From Endomicrobiales bacterium (GTDB lineage Bacteria > Elusimicrobiota > Endomicrobiia > Endomicrobiales > JALOBY01), in the NCBI GenBank assembly GCA_963796955.1, contig CAWCNJ010000008.1, positions 96,001-160,000 on the forward strand: a stretch of 64,000 bases of DNA, read 5' to 3'. Position 1 is the first letter of the stretch, and the number at the start of each line of letters is the position of its first letter. Below, one piece after another: positions 38,987 through 48,801 of the stretch. The notes beneath the pieces were generated by a model. That model did not search any database, was not told where the DNA came from, and saw only the letters and a list, made by a program, of their open reading frames with translations. A program made the position numbers and the translations under genes.

Positions 38987-39535
38987 ATGAGAGTTCTCAG
39001 AAGTAAGGGAATGACATTGATAGAATTGCTCGTGACGATCGTCATAACAAGCGTTTTGGTTGTAACTGTGGGCTCGTTAATGATACGAACATATTCATCA
39101 TGGCTAAGTGAGTCAGCTCGCATAGAAATTGACAATGATGTCAGGTATTTTGAAAAGTCCTTAGGCCGCACATTCAGGAATTCCACAACCGATCTCGCGA
39201 CTCTTAGCCAAACCACGAATCCTAACGACACCGTAAGTTTTACTTCTATCGAGTCAGGTGCTGCTTTAGTACATGATTACAAACTTGAAGGGAAATTACT
39301 CCGTCACTATACTCATTTCGCATCAGGTACTACATTCGAGACAGTAGCAAACAACGTAACCTTGCTGGAGTTCAGCTGGGTTGGTATGGTAACGAGTACA
39401 ACTTGCCTAAAAGTGAATTTACAAATAAATAAAACCCTGCCAGGAGGCGGAATATACGATACCGGGATATTGTCCTTTATGTTCAAGAGCCGAAACAGAG
39501 GAAGAGGTGACCGCTCAGATGAACATACAAAGTGA
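38987..39535 (+). CDS. Minor pilin (PilW-like)
   Basis: SKG|MTLIELLVT class III signal. Confidence 0.78.
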   Translation: MRVLRSKGMTLIELLVTIVITSVLVVTVGSLMIRTYSSWLSESARIEIDNDVRYFEKSLGRTFRNSTTDLATLSQTTNPNDTVSFTSIESGAALVHDYKLEGKLLRHYTHFASGTTFETVANNVTLLEFSWVGMVTSTTCLKVNLQINKTLPGGGIYDTGILSFMFKSRNRGRGDRSDEHTK

Positions 39536-41138
39536 TCGTGGAGTAATATTGCTGCTGGTAGTGATTTTTGCGCTTATACTCAGCACAATAGGTGTTGCTA
39601 CTATTCAATACGCTGGTGAGCAAAAACAAGTAGCGATCATGGAACTTGCCGAAGCGAGGGTTGATCTTGTTGCTGAGTCCGGAATCGAATATGCAAAAGC
39701 ATGGATAACCGACCATTGTATCAACCAAAATCAATTTCCCGAGAATTTTACTAATAATAGCAGTTCATTTATAGCTGATTCGATTGGGCACTCGATACAG
39801 ACTAGTGGTTCATATACCGGATTATTCATTCCCAGGATAACGCCTGATCCAGCTAACACTGTCAGTGTTATCATCGGTAATGCAGTCCGGTCTACTTTTG
39901 GTTCTTACACAATAACCTCCGAAGCCTGGGTCTATTCCACTGAAATGACATCGGGAGCGAATGGTCTGCCCATTTCAGGCGCGTTAGTAACTAAAAAGAC
40001 CAAGACAACAAAAGTTCAGCTTTGGCGGGGGGGGAGATTCACTCAAGTTGGAAATATGGCGTCCTGGAGTTGTAATATAACACCCATCAGGCGGAACGAT
40101 GGTGCAATCGTTCTTATAAAAGGGGATCGAAACATTGAGCTTTATAACCCAACAACCAAATTGTTCTCTCCATTAGGTGTAACAGTTACAGATGTTATGT
40201 GGCCAGCTTACGGTAATCCGATAGGTGGGATTGCAAGAACAAGTTCAGGAAAAGTTCTCATATCATGCTTGAGCAATGGAGGTGCCTGCAATGGATGCAA
40301 TATTTATGATTCAGACATGAATACAATTTATGTTTCGACCCCTCTATGTGTGGGCAGGCAAGGCCCTTTGTGTGTTGCACTGCCTGGGACAGAAAAAGTA
40401 TTGATAGCCGGGGGCAAAAGTCCTGGCGGACTTGGTGTAGCTATTAACGATGCTGAGATATATGACGTGGTTAACAACACATCAACCGTTATCAATTCTA
40501 TGAATGCTAATAGACTTTACGCAACTGCAGTAATGTTGGCTGACGGAAGAGTTCTGATCTCTGGAGGTTTTGATGCCACAAATCATGATCAGACTTCTCA
40601 AGAAATATTCGATCCGGTTTCACTGACGTTTACACCAACGCATAACATGATGGTTTCAAGATCATCACATCTTGCTACGTTGCTCGATGATGGAAGTGGA
40701 AGGGTTTTGATCCTTGGAGGTTCTACTGATATTACAAAATGGCTTCAAACGGAATTGTTCAGTCCTTTTTCAGCATCTGATATCGATTCCGGCTTGATGA
40801 ACAAAACTCGAATGAAAATTGCTGATACCCTGACATTGCTGCCAAGTGGACAGGCTTTTATGCAGGGGAATCCTGGATGGGGTAACCCGATAACGATAGA
40901 AATGTATGAGGCTAATCGAAATGTTTTTGTCAAGGGGTTCGCCCTTGGAGCAAAATTTGCCAGGAGCAACTGTTCCGTTGCCCAACGCTTAGACGATGGC
41001 ACCGTACTGATTGTTGGCGGTTCTGATCCTGGCGGAAATCCAATTCCGACAGGTGAGCTTTTTACATCCTATGTGGTTGATTATTATCCTGACAACACCT
41101 ATTCCGAAGGCCCGGTAATACGTTCGATTGCACCATAA
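39519..41138 (+). CDS. PilX-like minor pilin fused to a Kelch-repeat beta-propeller
   Basis: DRG|VILLLV (no Glu+5), AESGIEYA PilX motif; repeats KVLIAGG..AEIYD, LADGRVLISGG..EIFDP, GRVLILGG..ELF, DDGTVLIVGG..ELF; SD GAGGTG before ATG 39519. Confidence 0.75.
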   Translation: MNIQSDRGVILLLVVIFALILSTIGVATIQYAGEQKQVAIMELAEARVDLVAESGIEYAKAWITDHCINQNQFPENFTNNSSSFIADSIGHSIQTSGSYTGLFIPRITPDPANTVSVIIGNAVRSTFGSYTITSEAWVYSTEMTSGANGLPISGALVTKKTKTTKVQLWRGGRFTQVGNMASWSCNITPIRRNDGAIVLIKGDRNIELYNPTTKLFSPLGVTVTDVMWPAYGNPIGGIARTSSGKVLISCLSNGGACNGCNIYDSDMNTIYVSTPLCVGRQGPLCVALPGTEKVLIAGGKSPGGLGVAINDAEIYDVVNNTSTVINSMNANRLYATAVMLADGRVLISGGFDATNHDQTSQEIFDPVSLTFTPTHNMMVSRSSHLATLLDDGSGRVLILGGSTDITKWLQTELFSPFSASDIDSGLMNKTRMKIADTLTLLPSGQAFMQGNPGWGNPITIEMYEANRNVFVKGFALGAKFARSNCSVAQRLDDGTVLIVGGSDPGGNPIPTGELFTSYVVDYYPDNTYSEGPVIRSIAP

Positions 41139-41240
41139 TGAAGGGCTTTGACGAAGTCCGCTTGAATACTGAATAAATAAAGGAGAAATAGTATATAGGG
41201 TTGGTTGTTATTGACCCTTAACCTATATATTACAAAGGAT

Positions 41241-41696
41241 ATGAATTACAGAAAAGGCCGGGGATTTACTTTGATCGAACTGGTTATTGTGATTGTGATC
41301 GTCGGAGTATTGACTGTGTGCGCCATACCAATATTCAGAACGTATGTCAGGCGTTCAATGTCTGCGGAAGGTAAGTCTCTGATCAACAGGATCGTTTCTG
41401 CTGAACGCATATACTACACTGAAAATCACACTCAGTGTCTTATCGGATCAATGGCGGCCCCTGTAGGAAATGATGTCACACTTAATATTGACGTACGCGC
41501 TAATAAGTACTTCAATACTTTTTGCGTCACAGGGCTCCCTGGTGTCTATTATGACGCATATTCGTTTGGAACAGGTGATGCTTCAGGTTTATTGGCAGAC
41601 GTAAGAGGTGTAGCAGGTCTTAATTCATCCGTAGGTTCGAGGGAGATAAGCGATAGCAATCCCAGTGGACCGCCTACAATTCTGGAGACGTGGTAG
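41241..41696 (+). CDS. Type IV pilin, paralog of the 32751 pilin
   Basis: [12 protein letters not shown]; shared RRSM.AEGKSL, YYTE, ID.RANKYF, DA.GL and terminal Trp. Confidence 0.85.
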   Translation: MNYRKGRGFTLIELVIVIVIVGVLTVCAIPIFRTYVRRSMSAEGKSLINRIVSAERIYYTENHTQCLIGSMAAPVGNDVTLNIDVRANKYFNTFCVTGLPGVYYDAYSFGTGDASGLLADVRGVAGLNSSVGSREISDSNPSGPPTILETW

Positions 41697-41720
41697 ATAA
41701 GAACTATAACTTACCCAAAA

Positions 41721-41749
41721 TTGACAACCTATCTGTTATTTGCTAATCT
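41721..41749 (+). promoter_or_regulatory. Promoter of the smc unit
   Basis: TTGACA (41721-41726), 17 bp, TGc-TAATCT extended -10. Confidence 0.6.
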
Positions 41750-41798
41750 TATTATTGAATTTCCGTCTATTATTACTTGAAAACAGGATGTATAATAC

Positions 41799-44700
41799 AT
41801 GTATCTGAAGCGACTTGAAATATCGGGATTTAAATCTTTCGCGGACAAGACCAAACTTGATTTTGAACCGGGAATAACGGCAGTAGTCGGGCCTAACGGG
41901 TGCGGGAAGTCTAATGTGGCGGATTCTATCCGCTGGTGTTTGGGCGAGCAGAGCGTGCGCTCTCTGCGCTCGCGGCAGATGCTGGATGTGATATTCAATG
42001 GTTCCCAGTCTCGCCCGGCGACAGGAATGTCTGAAGTTTCTCTCACCTTTGATAATTCTCAAAACGTACTACCTATAGACTATTCTGAAGTAACCATTAC
42101 CCGCAGGCTGTTTCGCAGCGGGGAAAGCGAATACTTTATTAATAAAGTTCAGTGCAGGCTGAAAGATGTCCGCGATATGTTCCTTGATACGGGTGTCGGC
42201 GCTGAAGGCTATTCCATTATGGAACAGGGGAAAGTTGAACATGTGCTTTCCTCCAAGCCCGAGGACCGCCGCGAATTGTTCGAAGAGGCTGCAGGTGTAA
42301 GCAAATTCAAAGCGCGTAAAGAAGAAACCGTAAGAAAACTTGATAAAGTTGAGACGGATATGAACCGTATCAACGACATGCTTTCGATGCTCAAAGAACA
42401 GATAGCGCAGTTAGATAGCCAGGCCCGCAAAGCCCGGCAGTATACCAAGATCAAAGAAGACCTGCGCCGTCTGGAACTGGCATCGTTGGTTAAGCAGGCG
42501 CTGGATGCCGATACCGGTATTGCGCGGATCAATGTTGTTTTAGAGCCGAAGCAGATGGAATTTGAGCGGCAGAATACGCAGCTGGTGCAGATCGAGACCG
42601 AGATATCTGAGCTGCGCATGCAGCAGGTGGAAAAAGATGAACGGTACGTTGCTTCCCAGGAAGAACTTTCACGCATTAAGTCCGACATAAATCTTTGCGA
42701 CGAGCGGACCCGCTCCGCGGCGGAGAGAGAACTGGAGTTCAGCGAGCGCAAGGAACAGCTTATCCGCGAGGTAGGGGAGAAGGAATCACGGATACAGGAA
42801 TCGGTGAAAGAACGTGAGGGCCTGACTGAGACTCGGCGGCTGTTGGCAGAGCGGGTGGCAACCCTTGAAGCGGACTATAAAGCTAAAGAAGGCCGGGCAG
42901 AAGAGATCCGCAACGAACTGCTGAAGCTGCAGGCTGACGAGAACGCCATTCGTCAGTTCCTTTTCACGAGCGCTGAAGCGAAAACCAATATCCATAATGA
43001 GACTAACCGCCTTGCCTCCATGCGCGCGCGCTGCGAGGGGCAGGCGCTGTCCCTGCAAAAAGAAATAACCAGGCTGGAAACCCAGACCGCTCCTTTCCAG
43101 CAGGAAGTCGCGGCGATGCAGTCGCAGCAGAACTCACTTACCAGCCGTTTGGAACAGGCCGGCATAAATAATCAGACTGCGCAGCAAACTATCGTTCAAC
43201 TGCAGGAAAAACTAACTCTTAATCTTGAACTCCAGTCTACGCTCAAGGGCACGATCATCGCCAATGAATCCAAGTTCCAGGCACTCGCCGAGTGGGAACA
43301 TAAAGATCCGCAGCGCGCGGCTATCAGCGCGCTGACGACCGCGGCCATAGCCGGCGTGAGCGGGCCGCTGAGCAACCTTATCAAAATCTCGGCCGATCAT
43401 CACGATGTTATCGTGGCATTGCTCGGCGATAAGCTCAATTATGTGGTCTGTGAATCGATGGACGCGGCGAAAAACGCGATCGGTTATCTGGACGCTCATG
43501 CTCTTTGCCGGCTTACGTTTGTTATACCGTCGCTGATAACCGCTTCGCCTGAAACTATTTTCCCGGCCGGCGCAGACATGGTGCTTTCGCACATTACCTG
43601 CGATGACACGATTAGCCGCACTCTGAATTTCCTTATCGGCGCACCGGTGATAGAAGGCGACAATGTGGTCTCGGCTGCTGTCGTGCAGGGCGGCAAGATC
43701 GTGTTCGACAAACCCATGATGGTTGAAGAACAGTTGACTGCGTATTCAACGGCCATTGAAGCTGCCAAAACCGCGCTTACCGGAGCAGTAGCCGAGGGAA
43801 CAACTCTTTCCGACGCACTCAATACAGCCAGGGAAAACCTGAATGCCACGATAATTGAAATGCAGGATCTGCGTAACCAGTCTGAATGGCTTGGAAAACA
43901 GCTGGCCGCAAAACAGGAAGAACTGATGTTCCTTGAAAAGGAACTTAACCTGAACCGTGAGGACATCGCTAAACAGCAGGAAGAAGAAAAGAATATCGAG
44001 GCGCAGCAGGCGGATCTGCGCAACCAGCTGGCACAGCTGGAAACAGAAGAGCAATCGAACATCGCCCGCCAGGCCCAATTAGAACAGGAATTCCAGCAGT
44101 GGCGCGTGGAAGAGAATGCCGCCTCGCCGCTGCTTACCGAAGCGAAGGTTGCCTGGGCGACGCAGGTTAACGAGCTTGCCGGCAGGCAGCGTGATGAAGA
44201 GCGACTGGCTGAAATAATCAACGACCTGCAGCGCCAGACAGAACAGGAACGCGGCGAGCTTTCGGCTATAGATATACGTATCACCGATCAGAGGACTATA
44301 CAGGAAACCGAGTCCGCCAAGCTTAAGCACCTGTACGGTGAGCAGGAAATAAAGGACGCCGAAGTGCAGGCTTCTCTTACGGAACGCCAGACCGTGCAAT
44401 ATACGATCGAGGCACACACTTCTCAAATACATGAGCTGCGTACCCAAGTGGAGAACTTCAAAACGGATATCCATAATATGCAGTTGGAGCAGCGCAGCTT
44501 TGAGCTGCAGCGGTTCGCCGTAGATAAACGCCTCAGCGAGGATTACTCCACAAACCTGCCGGATATCAAAGACGAATACGCTAAAATAGAATTCGATGAA
44601 GAAGAGATACTGCGACTTAAGCGCAAGCTTGAATCCATGGGAAGTGTAAACCTTGCTGCACCGGAAGAGTATACTAATATTGAAGAACGCTATAATTTCC

Positions 44701-45272
44701 TGCTTACCCAGCAGCAAGACCTGTTGAAGGCCCGTGATGACCTGAAACAGGTGATCGTCAAGATCAACCAGACGACGCTGGAGAATTTCCAGAAGACGTT
44801 CACGCTGGTACGGGAAAACTTCATTTCTATTTACCAGCAATTATTTGAAGGCGGTAAGGCGGATCTTATACTGACCGACGAAAGCAATCTGCTGGAAACC
44901 GGTGTTGATATCCTTGCCCAGCCGCCCGGGAAAAAACTGCAAAACATTGCCTTGCTCTCCGGCGGTGAAAAAGCGCTTACCGCGGTCGCCCTGCTGTTCG
45001 CGTTCTTTATGGTCAGGCCGTCGCCCTTCTGTATCCTGGACGAAGTGGACGCGCCGCTGGATGAAGCCAATGTCGGTCGTTTCACCAGCATGGTCAAGTC
45101 TTTCTCAGAGCGCACACAATTCATACTTATCACACACAGCAAGCGGTCCATGGAAACGGCCGATGTGCTGTACGGCGTTACCATGGAAGAGCTCGGCGTA
45201 TCCAAGATCATATCGGTGCGCATGAACAAGGAAGCCGCTGTTTCAGCCGGCGATCCCGGTTTGAACAAGTAA
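41799..45272 (+). CDS. smc: Chromosome segregation protein SMC
   Basis: GFKSFA, GPNGCGKSN, coiled coils, hinge, LSGGEKA, LDEVDAPLD, ITH. Confidence 0.97.
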   Translation: MYLKRLEISGFKSFADKTKLDFEPGITAVVGPNGCGKSNVADSIRWCLGEQSVRSLRSRQMLDVIFNGSQSRPATGMSEVSLTFDNSQNVLPIDYSEVTITRRLFRSGESEYFINKVQCRLKDVRDMFLDTGVGAEGYSIMEQGKVEHVLSSKPEDRRELFEEAAGVSKFKARKEETVRKLDKVETDMNRINDMLSMLKEQIAQLDSQARKARQYTKIKEDLRRLELASLVKQALDADTGIARINVVLEPKQMEFERQNTQLVQIETEISELRMQQVEKDERYVASQEELSRIKSDINLCDERTRSAAERELEFSERKEQLIREVGEKESRIQESVKEREGLTETRRLLAERVATLEADYKAKEGRAEEIRNELLKLQADENAIRQFLFTSAEAKTNIHNETNRLASMRARCEGQALSLQKEITRLETQTAPFQQEVAAMQSQQNSLTSRLEQAGINNQTAQQTIVQLQEKLTLNLELQSTLKGTIIANESKFQALAEWEHKDPQRAAISALTTAAIAGVSGPLSNLIKISADHHDVIVALLGDKLNYVVCESMDAAKNAIGYLDAHALCRLTFVIPSLITASPETIFPAGADMVLSHITCDDTISRTLNFLIGAPVIEGDNVVSAAVVQGGKIVFDKPMMVEEQLTAYSTAIEAAKTALTGAVAEGTTLSDALNTARENLNATIIEMQDLRNQSEWLGKQLAAKQEELMFLEKELNLNREDIAKQQEEEKNIEAQQADLRNQLAQLETEEQSNIARQAQLEQEFQQWRVEENAASPLLTEAKVAWATQVNELAGRQRDEERLAEIINDLQRQTEQERGELSAIDIRITDQRTIQETESAKLKHLYGEQEIKDAEVQASLTERQTVQYTIEAHTSQIHELRTQVENFKTDIHNMQLEQRSFELQRFAVDKRLSEDYSTNLPDIKDEYAKIEFDEEEILRLKRKLESMGSVNLAAPEEYTNIEERYNFLLTQQQDLLKARDDLKQVIVKINQTTLENFQKTFTLVRENFISIYQQLFEGGKADLILTDESNLLETGVDILAQPPGKKLQNIALLSGGEKALTAVALLFAFFMVRPSPFCILDEVDAPLDEANVGRFTSMVKSFSERTQFILITHSKRSMETADVLYGVTMEELGVSKIISVRMNKEAAVSAGDPGLNK

Positions 45273-45277
45273 CATAT

Positions 45278-46006
45278 ATGGTCCGCCACGCACTCGGCCC
45301 GGCGTGTATAGATGAAGTTTCACCGGAGCAGGCTTCCGCCCTTGCTGCCCTGCGCATCGCCAGCAGAGAACCTTCCCAGATAGTTACCCTGAACTCATTG
45401 ATGTTCAACGCCATGATCAAAGACCCTGACCTGCGCAACGCCGTGTCGGGCGCGGCCCTGGTAATACCCGATTCCGTCGGCATACAGTGGGCGGCGAAAA
45501 TGCTCTGCGGGATACATGTTGCCCGGATCACCGGGATAGATTTCATGTATGACCTGGTTGAGCGCGCGAAGGTTAACGGCTGGCGTGTATTCTTGCTCGG
45601 TGCAAAGACCGGCGTTGCTGAAAGCGCCGCACAACGTTTACAGTCCCTGTTTCCCGGACTAACTATTGTCGGCACCCATCACGGTTATTTTACCGACCAT
45701 GACGCGATGATAGCGCATGTGCGCGCCGCGCAGCCGGACTTGCTTTTCGCCGGACTGGCCATGCCCGATCAGGAACTGTGGATCTCAACCAATCTTTTAT
45801 CAATGAACGTCCCCGTCGTGATGGGTGTCGGCGGCAGTTTTGACGTGATCTCAGGAGCTTTAAAACGCGCGCCCTCATGGATGCAGGCGCTCGGTCTTGA
45901 ATGGCTGTTCCGTTTATTCCAACAACCCTGGCGGATAACGCGGATGATAGACTTGCCGTTGTTCGTCTACAATATCATTAAACTAAAGCTTAAGGCGACC
46001 AACTGA
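45278..46006 (+). CDS. WecB/TagA/CpsF family glycosyltransferase
   Basis: PDSVG, RITGID, FLLGAK, HHGYF, QELWI, GVGGSFD, RAPSW, GLEWLFRL. Confidence 0.92.
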   Translation: MVRHALGPACIDEVSPEQASALAALRIASREPSQIVTLNSLMFNAMIKDPDLRNAVSGAALVIPDSVGIQWAAKMLCGIHVARITGIDFMYDLVERAKVNGWRVFLLGAKTGVAESAAQRLQSLFPGLTIVGTHHGYFTDHDAMIAHVRAAQPDLLFAGLAMPDQELWISTNLLSMNVPVVMGVGGSFDVISGALKRAPSWMQALGLEWLFRLFQQPWRITRMIDLPLFVYNIIKLKLKATN

Positions 46007-46728
46007 TGCGTTACGCTGTTTTCGCCGATATCCATGCCAATCTTGAGGCGCTCACGACGGTACTCGAATTTTTTCGCGCCCATAAGACGGACGCGTATCT
46101 TTGCGCCGGCGATCTGGTCGGGTACGGGCCCAACCCCAATGAGTGCGTAGACCTTGTCAAGTCTTTGCCGAATCTGCGCTTAGTCGCCGGCAATCACGAC
46201 TGGGCAGCGGCCGGCATGAAAGACCTTACGTGGTTCAATGAAAATGCGCAAAAGTCCCTTGTCTGGACCAGACAGCATCTTTCGGAAAACCACAAGATAT
46301 ATCTGTCGGAGCTGCCGAAGATCATTTCAGAAAAAGATTTTACGCTGGCGCACGGCTCGCCGCGCGACCCGCTGGACGAGTACCTGTTAACGCATGAACA
46401 ATATCACGATATGATATCGAACGTGCATACGCCGGTAACCTTCGTCGGGCACAGCCACACGCCGTTCATATTTGACTCTCGCTCCGTGCATCTTTTTCGC
46501 AGGCCCGGTTCCTTGCTGCTGGACGAGTCTGAAAAATACGTCGTTAACCCCGGTTCCGTCGGCCAGCCCAGAGACCGCAACAGCCAGGCCTCCTGCGGGG
46601 TGTACGACACGTATACCCATGTATTCCAGCTGGCCCGTCTTGAATATGATGTTGCCGCCACACAAAAGAAAATGCGCGATGCGGATTTACCAAACTTCCT
46701 AATAGAGAGGCTCTCCCTTGGACGCTAA
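46006..46728 (+). CDS. Calcineurin-like metallophosphoesterase
   Basis: DIHAN, GDLVGYG, GNHD, HGSP, GHSH, NPGSVGQPRD. Confidence 0.92.
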   Translation: MRYAVFADIHANLEALTTVLEFFRAHKTDAYLCAGDLVGYGPNPNECVDLVKSLPNLRLVAGNHDWAAAGMKDLTWFNENAQKSLVWTRQHLSENHKIYLSELPKIISEKDFTLAHGSPRDPLDEYLLTHEQYHDMISNVHTPVTFVGHSHTPFIFDSRSVHLFRRPGSLLLDESEKYVVNPGSVGQPRDRNSQASCGVYDTYTHVFQLARLEYDVAATQKKMRDADLPNFLIERLSLGR

Positions 46729-47875
46729 AACCCCCGTCTCCCTCGCCTTCTGCAAGGATTATGACCCGAAGAACGTACAAGCCCAGGTTGAAAATGTCGT
46801 CTCATTGCTCGGCGGCATCGAGACAATGGTGCGCCCCGGTGAAACGATATTACTGAAACCGAATTTGCTGAGCGCACGCCTGCCTGAACGGGCTATAACG
46901 ACGCACCCGGAGATCGTGCGGGCGGTGGTGCGCCTGGTCAAGGCAGCGGGGGCCACGCCGGTGATCGGCGATAGTCCGGGCGGCGCCGTCAAGGGTGTTG
47001 AACGGGTCTGGAAAGAGACCGGCATGTATGCTGTGGCGAAAGAGGAAAAAGTCGAGCTGGTGAACTTTGAAACCTCCGGCGCGCAGGAACGGCGTGTGAA
47101 CAACCCGCTGGTGCCGAGCGTCTATATTTCCCGGGTCATCGATAACGTAGACGGCATTATAAACCTTCCAAAGCTTAAGACCCACGGGCTTACCACCTAT
47201 ACCGGCTGCGTAAAGAATTTCTACGGTACGGTGCCCGGTTTGCGCAAGGCGGAGTACCACAAGGCGATACCGCCCGGCGCCGCGGATTTCGGGGCCTTCA
47301 TCGGCGAAATATACCTGTTAAGCAAGCCGAAAGTGCGCTTGAACCTGATGGATGGCATCTGGGGCATGGAAGGAAACGGCCCTTCAGCCGGTGTGGTCCG
47401 GATATTGAATATCATCGCCGCTTCCCGGGACGGCAATGCCCTTGATATGGCCATCGTTAAGATGCTGGGTTTCAATCCTCAGCGGATCGGCACCATTAAG
47501 TATATCTCCGCCCTGCTCGGCGAGGTCCATTCCCATGAACGGGTTGAGGTGAGAGGGGAATCTCTGTCTGCGTTTTCCTTGTCAAAATTTAAATTCCCAT
47601 CCACCTGGTTTTACAATCTGATCCCGCGATGGCTGATACGCTTCCTCGGAAGTTTCATCTGGCTTAAGCCTGTTATACTGCAAGAGCTGTGCACCAGTTG
47701 TATGATGTGCGTTAACTCCTGCCCGGTTAAGGCTATAACGAAAAATAGTCCCGGAGAAAAACCTTTAGTGAACCCGGAAGACTGCATCAGCTGCCTGTGC
47801 TGCCACGAGCTTTGTCTTTCACAGGCCATAGGGTTAAAGAAAAGCCCCCTTGCGAAACTTCTGATCAGAGGGTAG
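46718..47875 (+). CDS. DUF362 domain protein with C-terminal 2x[4Fe-4S] ferredoxin
   Basis: LKPNL, TTHP, INLPKLKTH, KNFYG, MEGNGP; CTSCMMCVNSCP and CISCLCCHELC. Confidence 0.88.
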   Translation: MDAKTPVSLAFCKDYDPKNVQAQVENVVSLLGGIETMVRPGETILLKPNLLSARLPERAITTHPEIVRAVVRLVKAAGATPVIGDSPGGAVKGVERVWKETGMYAVAKEEKVELVNFETSGAQERRVNNPLVPSVYISRVIDNVDGIINLPKLKTHGLTTYTGCVKNFYGTVPGLRKAEYHKAIPPGAADFGAFIGEIYLLSKPKVRLNLMDGIWGMEGNGPSAGVVRILNIIAASRDGNALDMAIVKMLGFNPQRIGTIKYISALLGEVHSHERVEVRGESLSAFSLSKFKFPSTWFYNLIPRWLIRFLGSFIWLKPVILQELCTSCMMCVNSCPVKAITKNSPGEKPLVNPEDCISCLCCHELCLSQAIGLKKSPLAKLLIRG

Positions 47876-47889
47876 ACTTGAGAGTGATC

Positions 47890-48801
47890 ATGATTAAAAA
47901 ATTAAGGCGAAAAATTGAATATGCAGCATTGGTGGGTTTCTCGGGCGTTATTCGAAAAATGCCGCTTGAGCGGGCGCGTTCAGTTGCCAGAGGGTTGGCG
48001 GTGATCGCGTGGCAGATCGTGCGTATACGCCGCAATGTCGTGGTCGCCAATCTTACCGAGTCCTTTAAAGACCGGTCACCGGCAGAGATCGAGGCGATAG
48101 GTCTTGCAACCTACAAGCAATTCGCGATGACCATGATCGAGTTGTTGTTCTTTCCGATATTATCCGCACAAGACATTGCGGGAATGGTAGAATTTAAGAA
48201 TTTAGACCTGGTAGAGATAGCCTTGAAGCAGGGCAGGGGTGCAGTGATGGTAGGCGCGCATTTCGGCAACTGGGAACTGATGGGCGCGGCGCTTGCACAA
48301 AAGCTTCCGGTTTCCTTCGTGGTCGGCAAACAGGAAAATGCCCCGGTTGATGATATGCTCAATTCATACCGCTCCGGCAAAAAGATCAAATTGATCCCGC
48401 TCAAACTCGCACTGCGCGGGGTAATGAAAGTGTTGAAGGCGAACGAACTGATAGCGATATTAGCCGATCAGGACGCCCATGAGAACGGCGCTTTTGTACC
48501 CTTCATGGGCAGACCCGCCTCTACTCCCAAGGGGCCTGCGATGTTCGCGATCAGGGCGCGTTGTCCGCTTATCATGGGAAACATCGTCCGCTCATCTGAC
48601 GGCAAATTTACGGTATTCTTTGATGTGGTGCCAAAACCCGAACCCTCAGGCAATGAAGATGAGGATATTATCAATTTTACGTCCAATTTTAACGCGATAC
48701 TCGGCGGCTATGTGAAAAAAAATCCTGACCACTGGTTCTGGATGCACAGGCGCTGGAAAACGAAGGTTCCACAGGAGCTATCATGCGCAAGATCATTGTA
48801 G
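47890..48801 (+). CDS. lpxL: Lipid A biosynthesis lauroyl/myristoyl acyltransferase family
   Basis: AHFGNWE, LADQD, FMGRPA, PDHWFWMHRRWK. Confidence 0.85.
   Translation: MIKKLRRKIEYAALVGFSGVIRKMPLERARSVARGLAVIAWQIVRIRRNVVVANLTESFKDRSPAEIEAIGLATYKQFAMTMIELLFFPILSAQDIAGMVEFKNLDLVEIALKQGRGAVMVGAHFGNWELMGAALAQKLPVSFVVGKQENAPVDDMLNSYRSGKKIKLIPLKLALRGVMKVLKANELIAILADQDAHENGAFVPFMGRPASTPKGPAMFAIRARCPLIMGNIVRSSDGKFTVFFDVVPKPEPSGNEDEDIINFTSNFNAILGGYVKKNPDHWFWMHRRWKTKVPQELSCARSL

Noticed and set aside
42209..45289. Several long minus-strand ORFs (150-262 aa)
   Set aside because: Antisense shadows of the smc coiled-coil codons
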